From Macrostomum hystrix (Eukaryota > Animalia > Platyhelminthes): 64,000 bases of DNA. Where the stretch lies: positions 17,608,001-17,672,000 of the forward strand of contig CATNEN010000001.1 in NCBI GenBank assembly GCA_950097015.1. Direction: 5' to 3'. The notes below the pieces were generated by a model. The model searched no databases, had not been told where the DNA came from, and worked only from the letters and a program-made list of their open reading frames with translations. Of the stretch, positions 35,998-50,100 are shown in pieces. Both the position numbers and the translations under genes were made by a program. Every line of letters begins with the position of its first letter. Within the stretch, counting starts at the first letter, position 1.

Positions 35998-36741
35998 AAA
36001 TGTAACTAATTTTAATGCACTGTTTACGATGATACCATGAAATGAACATATTATTATTGCAATATATGAATGAATATTAATATAATAATTATATTATATA
36101 CAACAATATAATAGATTCCAATGTCAATGTCCTTTAATCTTCATTATTCGTTTATATTTGATATCACAGATAATTATAATATGCCTAAGCCTATATATTC
36201 CTCATGTGCCACATGACCATGTCGATGTCATTATCATTATGACATTGTTATGATGGAATCAGATGGATATTATATATATGTATGTATAATACTCAGTAAG
36301 TAAGTATTAATTATTAAGTCTGCAATTCTGCATAGTGCATAAGTATGTAATATGTATTGTATAGGTAGTAGCTAAGCTAGCCTTTAGCCATGCCAGCCAC
36401 TCGCCAGTAGGTAGGTAGGTAGGTAGCAGGTTGGCAAGTAGTAGGTAAGGTAGGCACTAGCCACACTTACTATAATAGGATTAGTAAGTAAGTACTAGAT
36501 ATTAGGTTAGGGCAATCACTTTGTTTTGTGATATTATTCATATTCAAATTCACGCCAAATTAGAAACGTCTCGCGTAAGTTCATAAATGCGTAAGTTCAT
36601 GCTCAGCTTCTATTTTTGTGTTACTTGATATTTTTACTTCGTAATTAGGTACTCAATTATGAGCTTCGAGCGATTAAGTACTGTTGACATAGCTCGATTT
36701 TATGTAGTCCGCTTTTTGTTTATTACTTGCGGTTTCTATTC

Positions 36742-37007
36742 TGTTATAGAGACCGTCAAAGGCAGCGCTTCCATCCTTGAGGCCTTTTAAACATAGGTTC
36801 TGTAACTAAGTCGCTAAAGCGAGAAGCAGAAGGGAACGCAAGAAGGTGAATATATTTGCGAGGGGCTGGGCCTCGCGCACTTGTTAAGTGGGGTACAGAA
36901 AAGTCTATGGCTGCTTAAGCAGTGGCATCGGTCAGAACAGTCTATGGCTGCTTAAGCAGCGGCATCGGTCAACTAACAACAAAGATAGATTAAGTACGAG
37001 TACAACA
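36742..37007 (-). repeat. 3' LTR of the Gypsy-like element
   Basis: Directly follows the PPT; minus strand TGTTG...TAACA; contains a ~36-bp tandem duplication. Confidence 0.6.
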
Positions 37008-39096
37008 TTTCTCCCTGATCTCAAGATCAAAAGAGATTTAGCTTCGTAGCGGGGTTCGCCATTCCGCTCAACGGCTCGCTCTACTCCATGCGGCTGTGGT
37101 TGCGAGCCTGGGGCCGGCCGGACGTCAGCAATGTGACGGGGAAGCCCATCGAACTCCACTGTAGCCCCTTGTCTCTGGCCTGTCACGCGCCCCCTTGACC
37201 AGTCGTCGGTACACCTGACGGCCGGCGGCTTGACGAACACTTCCGTTCCGACCGGCAGGGCAGGTTTTGACTCCGGTGTCTCAGAGGCCTCGGGGAGAGC
37301 CAACATGGGCGGTTTCCAGTCGTAAGTGCTAAGCATTTTGCTGGGCACGCTGCACTCCCGAGTACCATCCTTCGGAGCCATGTTGTACCAGAATACCATG
37401 GCCAGCACGTCCTTGCCGGTTCTGGATGCCATCGTCCGATGATTTCGCTCGACTATCCCGTTGCCCGACGGCCGGTGAGCGCAGCGGAAGAGGAGCTGCA
37501 CTCCCCATGCTTCGCAGAATGCACGCACCTCGGCAGAGCAGAAGGTCGCCGAGTTGTCCAGAAGCAGCTGCCAGGGTGGGCCCCGCTCTCGGAAGACTTG
37601 CACGAGTGTCCCTATGATTGAAGCTGTCCGCTTGTCTGGGAGTTTTCGCCACAGTGCGAATCTACTCGGCCCGCAGTCAACAATCGACAGACCCAGTACC
37701 CGGCCTCCGATGAGACTTTCAGGTGGTTTCGCGTCGAGCCCAAAGCGTGATAGGAGATTCAGAACGCGTTCGTTCGGGACACTGTCATTGGCCACGATAA
37801 TGTCGTCTATGTACGAGTCGGTGCCAGCGCGCACGTCCTCTTCCATAGAGAGCACTCTGTTAACTACCGCGGTCATTATTCTCAGAGCCACGTTCAGGCC
37901 AAAGCCGAGTCTCGTTAGGCAGTAGCGGCGGCCTTTTAACTCCACCACCTGGTAACGCCAGAGCGAGGGCTCAACTCTCAACTGCAGATAGGCCTTTCGC
38001 AGGTCAATGATGCTCGTATTCTCGCCCAGTCGCCTCCAATCGCGAATTTTTGCTCCGCAGACGACGCTATCGGCAGTGTGGCTAGTGTGTGCTGATTCAA
38101 CTCACGATAGTCCATTACAGGTCTCACCTTCACTTTGTTGACTTGCACAACCGCCATCAGTGGGATTATACCGTTGCACTCGCCGTCGAACGGCACGAGC
38201 CAGCCAGACGCAATTCACTCCTTGATCTCGGCCTCGTAATCTTCCGTTGCTTCCGGCGGCACTCTATACTGCGCTATTCTGTTAAATAAGCTTGGAGCTT
38301 CTCCGAGCCACTTCCATGCAACCGTCCATTTACCGTCTGCGAACCAAGCAGAGAAGTTCACGTCCTCGATCAGCACGCGGTTTTCGCCGCCTGATACACT
38401 AGAAGCCGACTTGGCTTCACTTAGTAGCGCACATGGTTTGAGTACCGAATCTTCGGTTCGCTCGAACCCCGGATGGCGCTCTTGCAATGCTGAATCACTG
38501 TTTGAGCCACCCGCCGCTGAGGCCGAGTCTCTCGCCGGGCCACTCGCCGCTGATGACGAGTCTCTCGCCGGGAATGCACCAAAGGAAACGGTGCGGCCGT
38601 CGCCGCTAACATTGACGCCACCCAATCGCATGATAGCGTCCATACTAAGAAGCAAGTCAAAACCGGGTAGAATTTCAAGAACGAGACAACTTAGCGATAC
38701 CCGGCTGCTGCGCACAGTCAACAGTACATCTGCCTCCCATCCGCACTCTGCTGCATCTTCATTCATCATGGTGACTCTCTCTGTGGTGCGCGTCTTCCAT
38801 AGTCCGTAGGTCCTTGGCGACACAATAGACCTGGAGCAACCAGTATCGACTAGGGCCACAACAGTAGAACTGTTAACATTAGCAAGCAATGATGGTAGGC
38901 GCGCAGATCCAGAGGGAAGCCCGTTTGCGCAGAAATTTTGGGCTTCCCTTACTCGTTTTTTGGTGGATTTACACGCTGTGGGTAATGAGCGCCCATGTGG
39001 CCGGTGTTTCCGCAGACGTAGCAGCTGTCTAGTACGGTTCCCACGACTCTGGCATTCCCGGCAGAGATGACCCTCCTTGCCGCACGAGTAGCAGGT
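36742..39096 (-). mobile_element. Gypsy-like LTR retrotransposon, 5'-truncated by the Sola2 element, with RNase H deleted
   Basis: Two CCHC knuckles (~38990-39096), protease ALVDTGCSRS, RT VRPVMDYRELN...SYIDDI fused directly to integrase LLLDNS..GNGIVERNH; PPT AGGGAGAAA at 37008-37016. Confidence 0.85.
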
Positions 39097-42000
39097 GGGT
39101 CATTCCATATAACTTGGACAAAAAAGGCAAAATATTATTTTTGTTTGTGTGTTTTTAGATATGTTTTAAATCAAAGCAACTATTTTAGTTCTTTTAGAGA
39201 TAGAAAACATCATTAATTATGTTGCCAAAGATTACACACTTATTATACTAATATAAGATATTTTAAACACAATAATTAATTTTGCATATTACAAAGCCAT
39301 GTGTGCAATTAGATTCATATTTGATTAAGGTTTTTGTTTTATATAAAGTTCTATTCTGATCTCTTTACATTCAATGCATATACTTTAAAGCTAACACTTA
39401 TTTTACGGTATTTTAAAGTTGTTGCAATAATCATGTTACGACCAGAATGTTTCTATTGCATTCAGTTTTATTCTCTGAATTGGAATTTAAAATTTCACAT
39501 TGGGCGCACTTAAAAATGTCATTTTACATTGTGCCAGCATTTTCCAAAACTTTGATAGTGCATATTATCACCTTTCATGCTAAAACAAGCATGTTACGAC
39601 CAGAAGGCTCTGGTCGTAACCTAGACAAAATGCAGGATTCTATAGCCCTAACTATCAGTTTTTACTAATATACAATCTTCGAATCATCTATAACACATAT
39701 ATGACGAACTCTACAGCTCCTTGCTCAATATAAGTTAAGTTTTAAAGCATGCCGAAGACAGCTGCAAAGAACCAAAAAAATTTTCGGCGTCGAGCTGGCG
39801 AAAAGTTGAAGGCAGCCGAGCGGGAACGCAGCCACCTGAGGCGACGTTTCGCCGATGCTGCGGATATCGCAAAGCAGCGTGGGCAGGCTCGCGAGAGAAT
39901 GAGAAAAATGCGTGAATGGCTCAAGGCTGCGGCTCAAGCTCCAAGCCAGCAATTGCAAGCTCAAGCCAGCAATTCTCCTGCAGCATCAGGTGATGGCTAC
40001 AGCTGCGGGCGTACCCAAAGTCGGGTCGTCAACAAGTAAGTCCTGAAACGCGGTTTTTGTGGAGGAAGTTAAATAATAGTCGTTAAAGTAATTTCTCCTC
40101 AAATTTAGGTGTAAGGCAGCCCTGCCGGAGACTCCTGTGAGGCGCATCGCGGTTGTGCGCCAGCTGGCTGCCGAGTTAGGCCTCACAATTGTGGATTCGG
40201 CGACCGTCACCCGAGCAAAGCTAGATCCCGTCATCCGCGAGGCCGTGCTCGAATTTTATAACCGTGACGACATTTCCCGATGGTCCCCAGGCCTAAAAGA
40301 TTTTGTTAAAATTGACGGCCAGAAAGTACAAAAGCGGTACTTGCTGGTCAACCTTAAGGAGGGCCATCGCCTTTTCCTAGACGAAAAGGGCATGAGAATT
40401 TCATTATCTAAGTTCTGTGCCCTGCGGCCTCTCAACGTCATCACGTTGGAGCAGACCCCGATGGAGGCATGCTGCTGCACGTACCACAGCAACTTCCAGA
40501 AGTAAGATTCTTTATTGCTACTATAGTCGGTTAATTCTATAACTTGAACATACCTGAAATATGTTTGTATCAAATAAAATAAAATAAATACTAAATAAGA
40601 ATTATTTAATCACTATTTTATTCCAGCCTGTGTAACGCCATTGCTAAAAAGATGGCAGGCGCACACGAGTATTCGCGCGAATGGATCGACAAATTCGTCC
40701 TGTGCAGCCCTGTCACAGAGAACTGCAGGTTGGCTGCGTGCGAGAACTGCTCGTCCGGTCTTCGGCATCGGATTCCTGCTCCGACTCAAGATCAAGCCGG
40801 TGTGCAGATTGAGTATCTGGCATGGGAAGTGGATCGGAACACAGGGCGCATGCAGCCAAACAAAAAAACCTGTACCCTGCAAGATGGCCTGCAAACGCTT
40901 CTGAGCATGCTTCCTTCCTTTTTGCTGCACTTTCTCACCAATCGTCAGCAGGCCGATTTCAACCGGTGGCACAAGGATAATTTAGCCGAAAATGAGTGTC
41001 TAATCCACTTCGATTTTTCCGAAAATTACTCGTGTGTTAGTCAAAACGCTACGCAGAGTGCATACTGGTGCCAGCAACAGGTAACCATTTTTACGGTTGC
41101 TGTGTACCGGAAGGAGAGTCAAAAGATGTTGGCAATTATCAGCGACACCACTAATCACGGCAAAGAGACAGTATCTGTCTTTATCGATCATCTGCTCAGC
41201 GTAAATGAAAAAACTTTAGCAGCCATAATTTACGAAAATTCATTCCATTGCCGATTAGAAAATTTGTCATTCTAATTTAAACTTACAGAAAGTCTGTGTG
41301 CCAGGCATGAAAGTGCACATCTGGAGCGATGGGCCTACATCGCAATTTCAAAACAGATACATGCACTTCATGCTCTCGGTGCTCCACCAGAAATTCGAGC
41401 TATCGCGCATGACTTGGAGCTTCTTCGCGACCAGCCACGGCAAAGGGGCCATTGATGGCCTTGGTGGCACTCTAAAGCGTGCAGCGCGTATTAAAGTGCG
41501 GTCAAGTCGCATGCTTGTGCGAAACGCGCATGAATTTATGAAAGCGGTTGAGGAATGTAAGATTGAATGCCATTTTATCAGCCAGGATGAGATTCAAGCC
41601 GTCTATGATCAGAAATTTGCGAATATCCTGACGGCTGCACCAGCGGTAGGAATTTAACATATTATACAATCTCAATTCATATATCATATATCTAATTCAA
41701 TCTCATTTTAATTTATTATACATATAAAATTTATGCCCTGTAGATCGCCAATATCAAAAAGGACCACTTCTGGTCTACAAGCTTGTCAGGAGCTACTTAC
41801 AGGTCGCCTTTAACGACGATGCACGTACTCGACAAAGATCCTGCTGAGACACAAGATGCTGCTGCTGCTGTGGCTGCTCCACCGGAGCCACTAGTGCAGT
41901 CAGCATCAGTGAATCCTCCAAAAGGATTGGCCGACCTTAACACGATATCAATTGGTACATGGGTGCTTGTCGCTTACAACAATTCAAACTATCCTGGCGA

Positions 42001-43372
42001 AGTCACCAAAATTAAGAAGACTGATGGTACCATTGAATACCGAATCAATGTGATGGCCAAGTTTGGTGATCGAAATAAATAATATTGGAACTCGGTAGCA
42101 GAAAAGAATTTTAAGTTTAATGCGATTGAATTTACTAAAAGTCCATCCTCAATTCTGCTAACAGATTTCTGGCATAAAAAAACTGCACTGCTGGGTAGCT
42201 GCGCGTGCAATAGGCTATGCGCTGTCAGGGGTGGCCGAAACTGCACTCAGCCCTGTACAGTCGTCTACCCGCCGCCGAAACCCTGCAGCAGCCAGTTCAG
42301 CAGGCACCAGGCCTAAAACAGTGGACCTGCCTCCTGTTCAGCCGGGTTCCATTGCTTTGCAACTCACCATTGGCTGCTGGGCCCTTGTAAACTATTTCGG
42401 AGAGTCATTTCCAGGCCAAGTTGAGGAGATCAAATCTGGGCCAGAAATGGAGTGGAAAGTTAATGTGATGGTGAAGAGTGGTGGAAGCTTCACATGGCCT
42501 CGAAAAAAGGACTCAATCTATTACGCTGCCGAAGACATCATCTCCATTTTGCAGCCCCCTGTTCCTGCCGACTCGCGTGGCCATTTTAAATTTTTTAATT
42601 GTTAAACTGCTTTAAGGACGTTTTTACTATCCATTGGTGCTTAGTCTGCTAATGGCCAATCAAACTATCTTTTTTGTTAAGTCATACTATCCCTTTGTTA
42701 ATTGTTTCATGCACAATTCCTTCTATCAACTGATTAGCCACCTTTATGATTATCGAGTCAGGCAATCTTGAAGTATAATGTTTTGTTGAAGGTACGAGTA
42801 CATGATGGTTTGATCTGAAATGGGAGATTAGTGTAATAAATTTTATGGTTAGAAAAGCATTTAAATATTTGTATTAGAACTAATATTAGTTATAAACAAT
42901 CTTAAAACCACGATATTATCCAAAATAGAGAGATTCCTTATGCTGTTTTAAAAAATGATGGTCGTTTTTTGAAACAAATGACCGTCAGTCCAACGACCGT
43001 CATCTAAGAAAATGCATGCAACACACTTAGAACTGGCTACTAACATGTGAAATTTGTTTATAACTGTTTATCTAGCTATTGTTTACTACAACAAATGATT
43101 GATTGAGACAAAACCTTGCCTGATTCGCAGAAATCTTGAACTTCCATTGAAAATTTGAATCTGTCAACTTTCACCAAAAACGACCATCATTGAAAGTTTC
43201 TGTCTGCTACATTAACACAGTAAATAAAATTACTTTAAAATGTATATTATCTTATTCTAGAGGTCACACCCATCAATATAGAACATAAAAAGTCTCGAGT
43301 TAGTTTGCCTTTGGTACAAATAATTATTATTATGTACACCAACACAACGACCGTCATCTCATGGAATTAGCC
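39097..43372 (+). mobile_element. Sola2-like DNA transposon with short imperfect TIRs
   Basis: 5' GGGTCATTCCAT versus 3' ATGGAATTAGCC (10/12 inverted match); interrupts Gypsy gag on the left; no matching TSD seen. Confidence 0.7.
39749..42082 (+). CDS. Sola2-like DDD transposase, 5 exons (39749-40035, 40109-40501, 40627-41200, 41289-41645, 41744-42082), ~649 aa; a second Tudor-like module follows at 42231-42605
   Basis: All four GT-AG introns preserve frame; HFDFSENY, QSAYW, WSDGPTSQFQN, FFATSHGKGAIDGLGGTLKR. Confidence 0.8.
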
Positions 43373-45379
43373 AACAACTTTATGACGAGACCATATCATC
43401 CTTACATCCTATTGACTGTTAGTTTTGGTTTAGAAAATTCAGAACTATTTTTCTAATTGTGCCTTCCTTTCTATAAAATATTCTGATAGACAAAAAACAA
43501 ACCAGCAAATGAAAAAATTAACTGGTGTTTAATTCTACAAGTATGATTGAATCTACTTTTTATACTTCAGTTTCTGGTTCCTACATGTACACTCTTCCAA
43601 CTTTGTAATTTTCTGTTTACTAATATAATTCTGTCTAATCCCTCTTCTCTTTCATCTTCCTTGCATTTTCTTCTTTCTTGCACTCACTCCCGGCCGACTT
43701 TTCCAGACTCCCGAGTTGTCAGAAATGTTGAAAAAAATTGGGTCCCAGTCGGTCTCTACTGTTAGCACAACATGTTACGATGCCGACATCCTGTTGTGTT
43801 AAATAAGTGTGCAATCGAGTTTTCTGTCATTTGTTTAACCTTTTTCCTAGGTTGCTAATAACATGGTCAATCTTTCATTTGTTTGCAGAACCTGCTATTT
43901 GAAATTGTTTTATTAAATTTAGCAATGAATAGCATCACATGTTCGGATGCCGACACCACATATATTATATATATAGATATTAAGAATATTAAATTTTTGG
44001 TGGGACACAATTTGTCAGTTTGTTTTAGATATGCCCATATATGTAATATGAGCTAATAAGAAAGACAGAGACCTTTTAATACACATAGGATACATTGTAT
44101 TGGTTAAGTTTTGAAGCACTTGCTGCATACTTTGAGATGCATCACGGGTCACTCATTCCGTAATAAGTCACCAACTTCATTACTAGGCCTAGCCTAGTTT
44201 GCATTGGTACTTAACTACTTACTCTTTTAATTGGGCTTATGCTTAGCATAGTAAGATAATGAAGAGTATTGTAAACATTTTTATTGAGGATTTTTATGGA
44301 ATGAGCACCCTTCGTAGAAGGGTTAAAGTTGTTTGGTTGTGAATATGGGTGTTAGTTTTAAAAACGTTTTTGGATTTGGAATCAGAGAAGAAAGGAGACT
44401 GCTTTGGTCTGGGGAAAAATACTGCTTTGTATATTGTAAATAAAGGCTTGTAAAGGGGGCGGGTACCCTTTTTTCTCATCTAGTCCTGAATAAGAAGAAT
44501 ACTGATTACTGGTTTGTGGATTGTAATTGTAATTGTAATTTTGTCCTAGAATCCCTTCTCTCCAAGGGATAGTTAACTAGCCTAGGGCCTAGTTAAGACA
44601 AGACAAAGACAAAGACAAAGTATAGTAGCTAGTAGGACTTGGTATAGCTAATATAGGAATATAATAGGCCTATCATGACGATTTGGCCTAAGTAAAAAAA
44701 TATTTTATTACTTACATTTCGTTCGACCTGGTAGTGGTAAATTGACTCAAAAGCAGACTAGACTAAATAATCAACAATGGGCTAAAATAACTAATAAAGC
44801 TAATCAGGGCTAAGGTACTAGCTTATACATCAATTATAAGCTAGTGAATCATACTTATACTTATATGACTCGGGTTTGGGTAAGGTAAACATACATAAAA
44901 CTCAAGAAACGCATAAAATTTGTGCGCATAAAACAACAACTGTGCAGTTCAAAATTTACAGCAGAATAACAAAAAGTAAGTTTTTAACTTTGCTAGGTAC
45001 GATTATTAACTCCTTTTATTTAGGCATTATTAGGTATTAAAATTTATTATCTATGCGACAAATGGAAAAGTACTTTTCTACTAGATCTCGGTTAAATTAA
45101 TTATTAATTATTTCAGGCAGCAATGTTACTAACTTACTTTTAATTGGTTTGGTCGTCAAAAATCAACTGCGGCTTCTAAAGGGTTTTTAAGCCCTAACGA
45201 TGAACAATTCAAATGAAAGCATATGTTGTTTGAAAATTCTGACAGAACACCGTTTCAGTCTTTGGTGCAATGGGAGGGACGTCCTCCCACTTCTGTTTTG
45301 TAAGACTAGTGTTTCGGTAGGCACGAAGCGTATGAGAGCCAGCCTAAGCTAACTGCATGTTTAGCTCAGGCTCAATCAG

Positions 45380-45910
45380 CTGAACTACAGGTTCTCTCTG
45401 CAGTTTTTCTCGGGGCGCTGCTGATGTCGGCAGCAGATCAGGCCGGTGTCAGTCGAGTCGCCGATGCTCGACTCAGCGCGTCTGCAACTGCTGGAAATTC
45501 ATGTCCTGCTTGGCGGTGATCCACAACGCCAGACGACCCTCTGGCTCCTTTGGTGTTCAGCAGGCCTTGCAGCGGCTTGTGGTCTGTGAAGACTAAGACG
45601 TTGCTTGCTGAAGCGAGGTAGATGGCCTTAATAGCGCTGACCTTGTCCTGCGTTGGTCGAGTGCCTTCAGCGGCACGTACTTAGGGCACTGGTAGCAGAA
45701 GCAGCTCTTGCGTTTGTTCAACTTGAGGCCGGCCGTCTGCAGCCTCTCCAGGGCGTGCTCCAGTGTCCGAACGTAACTCTTGAATGTAGAGCTGAATAGG
45801 ATCAGGTTGTCCATGTAGGTTAGCCACCTCCGACCAGTTCAGGCCGCACATTGTCAGGTCCATGAGCCGCTGAAAGGTTGCAGGCGCATTGCACAAGCCT
45901 AACCCGAGCT
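45380..45910 (-). mobile_element. Degenerate Gypsy RT/RNase H fragment
   Basis: GLCNAPATFQRLM, YMDNLILFS, RLQTAGLKLNKRK, FTDHKPL, ADALSR. Confidence 0.8.
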
Positions 45911-47108
45911 TTCTGTACTTCCTGTTTGCGGCTGAGCTAATGTGGGCTGCCGGACAGGACACTGTGCAGCGAAGTACCCGGTCTGCAAGCAGTTACAACA
46001 CTTGCCTCTGATGTCCCTTGGTAACAGCGTCAGCAGTCGGTGCCTCACCTCCTCATATCTGACGTCTTGCCTGTGGTCGGGCGGGCTTTGCGGTACAGCA
46101 GCTAAGAGACTCTCCTGGCTGTCGCTTCCTGCCCTCCAGCTCAGTCATGTTGCAGAATTGATTAATTTGAGTATCACATAAATTTATACCAGGAGCGAGT
46201 CCACGTCTTAATGGCAGTGAGCAAAGCCTTACCATCTTGAACATCTAAACATCTCAGAGCTAATTTTAGAAACTGAACATTAACAAATAATATCCCCAAA
46301 TAATAATTTCTCAATATAAATATATCTGATGTTCATGGTCTCGTGGGCTTAAAACCAAATAGAATTGGTCAAAATACATCAAGCTTTTACAGAAGAACCA
46401 TCCATTTTGTCGTTAATTCTTGATTTGCACGTCGGCGATTAAGAAGGAGCAGTTTTCGCTAAAAAAATGTCTTAAACAGTAGAAAGAGCACGGGAAGGAA
46501 TTTCTATTCAACCACCACGGGCTTAAGTTTTCCATTGTATCCGATTAAACAACTTCCGAAATCAGAAAACATCGGCATCGTTGATATGTTCAACGATTAT
46601 CGTCAGTGTTTCTAGTGGCAAGAACCAGAAATACAGGAAAAAATTGCAGCTTAACTAAATTGTATTTTTTCACATTTTTAACCAGTATGGATCCGCCATA
46701 TAGTTTTATACGGAGCAATGTCACTTGGTCTTGTCACCTGGCTCTTCGACAAGAATCGATGAATATCTCGACGATGCTGACGTCGGACGGCCTTGAAAGC
46801 TTGTTCATCGGAAAGGGCGGTAACATCTGATCCATATAGTTGACTACTCACGAAAATCGGTCATTCGGTTCGGGAGCTGTCGTGAAGTGGGCAGTGGGTA
46901 TTTCAAATACCCCGCGGTCTTCCCCCAAGGGGAAAAATAGCCTTGTCTTTCTGCTTTCTACTAAGAATTGCGCGTGGGCTACCGACATAAAAATGGGATT
47001 GGCAGCAGATAAAAAAATAACAGGTCGCTTAGAAACTAATTCAACTGAAAGCTGTTCAAAGAACGTTGAGATGACACCCTTGGGCTCCGTCAGCAGAAGA
47101 ATTTGAGT

Positions 47109-50100
47109 CTATTTCTTAAGCGGTCTTTCCTCATCCTGCAGGGCGCCGCAGTTGATTGTGTCCGTCAGCCGGGCGAAGATGATGCTGGACGCTTGCAGGA
47201 TGAACACGGTGCCCATGGCCAGACTCAGGTAGCTGTAGATACCTCCCATCAGGTGCGTGATGATGAGCACGGAGCTCATCAGAATGACGAAGGCCAGAAT
47301 GATAAAGGTGCCGCGGACGATGGCGAACACGCGGGAGACTCGGCAGGACTCAACGCAGCACATCAGCATCTCTAGCACAATGGCCAGCATGGTGCAGGCG
47401 AGGCCGGTGAACACCATCACCTTGCTGACGTGATAGCCAACCGGATTCTGGTCCGCCCAGCGGCCATTGCAGCCTGCAATAAACAAACAGTGCGAAGCTG
47501 CATGCCACAACTGGGCCAGGCTAGTCCAGATGTTGCAGTCACTGACGCAGCTGCAGCTACTACGCTGCAAAGGCTGGGTACAGTTTGAAGTTCATGGACT
47601 GGCTGTGGATGGGGGCGCCACTCAAACTTCATACTCGGCTAGTAATAATAATAATAATTGAGTAAACCCGCTTTCATTGGCCTGATGTACAGTCGACAGC
47701 ACAGCTGCAGCTATTGTGCAGGGAAATTCTCCCATGGGTTGGTAACCCTCGAAATTCCCATATGAGATTCTAAACCTATGCAACACTCCCATTGGATAAT
47801 AAAACTTTGGATTTCACACATCGGCTGCTGAACCACTTTATTCACTGTTGGGAAGGAAGCCACTTTATATTTGGCCTAGCAACCAGTAAATCGTTGTACC
47901 ACACTGAATGCGTCATAATAAATAATTATTATTGCGTGAGGGCTGTGCGAAACGACACATTATTTGGTGACACTAGACCCGCAGCCAGCGAGGAGGCAAT
48001 TCTGGGGGGCAATGGCCTGCGCCTCCACGAGGTGCCCCCCGGAGGACGCAAGTCCTACGAAATGCAGGCCATCAAACGGGCCCTCCCAAAGCCCAGCAAA
48101 GCACAGCACAGCACAGCCCTATCTCACCGCCCAACAAGCATCTGGCGGTCCGAACCGGTCCTAAATGACTGACCAACTGCCGACGCAGCCTGCCGAGCCT
48201 CAACGGCGGGCCCCCGGCGGCGCGAAGCGCCAGCCCGACCGTCGGTCCGCGCGCGCTCAGGCCCCCAGCAGCCTGCACCTCCTGCAACTCAACGCAGAGG
48301 GCGTCGTTGCCAAGACGCCCGAACTGTGCAAGCTGCTCCTGGACCTGCGCGTTGACGTGGCCTGTCTTCAAGAGACCCACACCGCCGAAGGAAGGGAACC
48401 ACGCCTGCCGGGCTTCAATGCAGTCTGGCGCCACAGACAGAGCGGCCGGCGCTCAGGTGGCCCCACCCGCGGCGGAGGGGTCGCGATCCTTATCCGCGAG
48501 GGGCTGCGCTACGAGGTGCTGCATGAGCGGCCCTGCGCCCCCGAGGACGTCTCCACCGAGTGGGCCGGCATCCGGGTTTTCCCATCTGAGAAGACGGTCG
48601 AGAGCCTGGACATTCACTGCCTGTACGTGCCGCCCATCAGAAACGCCGAAGGCGACGACCGCGTGCAGCGTTTCAACCCCCAGTGGCTCCCGTCAGGTGC
48701 CAGCACGGTGATCCTGGGGGACCTCAACGCGCACCACCCGGCCTGGGACCCCGAATCGGAAGAGACGGACCTGGGCACGGCCGCCTTTGAATGGTCCGTT
48801 ATTTCCGGCATGCGCATCCTGAATGACGGCAGCCACACCCACATGCCGCGCCGCGCCGATGCTCGGCAGACGGCGCCCGACGTCAGCCTGTGCCACAAGT
48901 CGCTCGCCAGCCGGGCTGAGTGGCAGGTGCGGAGGGACGTCGGATCGGACCACCTGCCGATCAGCGTCATCATTCATGGCAGCCGAGGCGCAGCCAAGAG
49001 AGCGGGCGCCGCCCGGCGGGCCTGGGTCAAAGCGGACTGGGCCGGCTTCCGCGCGCAGACCGAGGAGGCCCTGGCTGGCTGGGACGCCCTGCCGCCCGCG
49101 ACGGCCACCGAAGCCAACCGGCTGCTGACCGAGGCCATCATGACGGCCGACAAGGCGTTCATCCCGCGAGGGGCCCGGCCGTCCACGAAGGCCTGGTGGA
49201 CCCCGGAGGTCGAGGACGCCGTGAAGAGCCGTCGGGCCGCGCGGGCCGCCGCCGCTGCCGATCCGAACGAGCGGCCGGCCTGGAACAAGGCCAGCGCAGA
49301 CGCCAAGAAGATCATCGCCGACGCCAAGCGCGACAGCTGGAGGGCCTTCGCCGGCGAGGTGGCAGCGGACACAGACCACTCCAAGATCTGGAGAGTCGTT
49401 CGCTCCCTTGACGGCAGAAGCAACAACCTGCAGCGGGATGCAGCGCTCCGTGTGGGCCAGAAGCTCTACGTCCGACCAAAGGACATCGCCGAGGCTTACG
49501 CCAAGGAGTACGCCGCCGTGAGCCGCCTTCCGCAAGACCGCAGGACGCGCATCCTCCGCCGCGAGAACCACCGCAGCCGCGCCGCCGCACAAGCTGACAG
49601 CCCGGAGGCAGGAGACTTTAGCAAGCAATTCTCGTCTCGCGAGCTGGACAGAGTCCTTCGCTCCCTCCCGGCCAGGAAAGCCCCAGGACCAGACGGCATC
49701 TGTGCCGAGCACCTGCAGCACCTCGGCCCCGCCGGTCGCCGGGCGGCTCTGCACGTGATCAACCAGTCCTGGGCAAAGGGGGAGGTCCCGTCTGCGTGGC
49801 GACGCGCCCACGTCGTGCCGATCCTGAAGAAGGGCAAGCCGGCCGACGTGATTGGCTCCTACCGGCCGATCGCCCTGACCTCCGCCATGGCCAAGCTGGC
49901 CGAGCGCCTGGTCCAAGCGCGGCTCTACTGGTGGGCCGAGTCCCGGCAGCTGCTGCACCCGGCTCAGGCCGGCTTCCGCAAGCGGCGCTGCACCGAGGAC
50001 CAGATCGCCAGGCTCACCCAGCTCATCAGTGATGGTCACCAGGCCAGCCCTGCCCGGCGGACTGTCGTCGTTCTGTTCGACTTCCGCAGGGCGTACGACA

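Noticed and set aside
43380-44000. Possible minus-strand transposase remnant
   Set aside because: Too many stops and frameshifts to assign.
46380-47100. Coding-like minus-strand stretch
   Set aside because: Interrupted by stops, with no recognisable motif.
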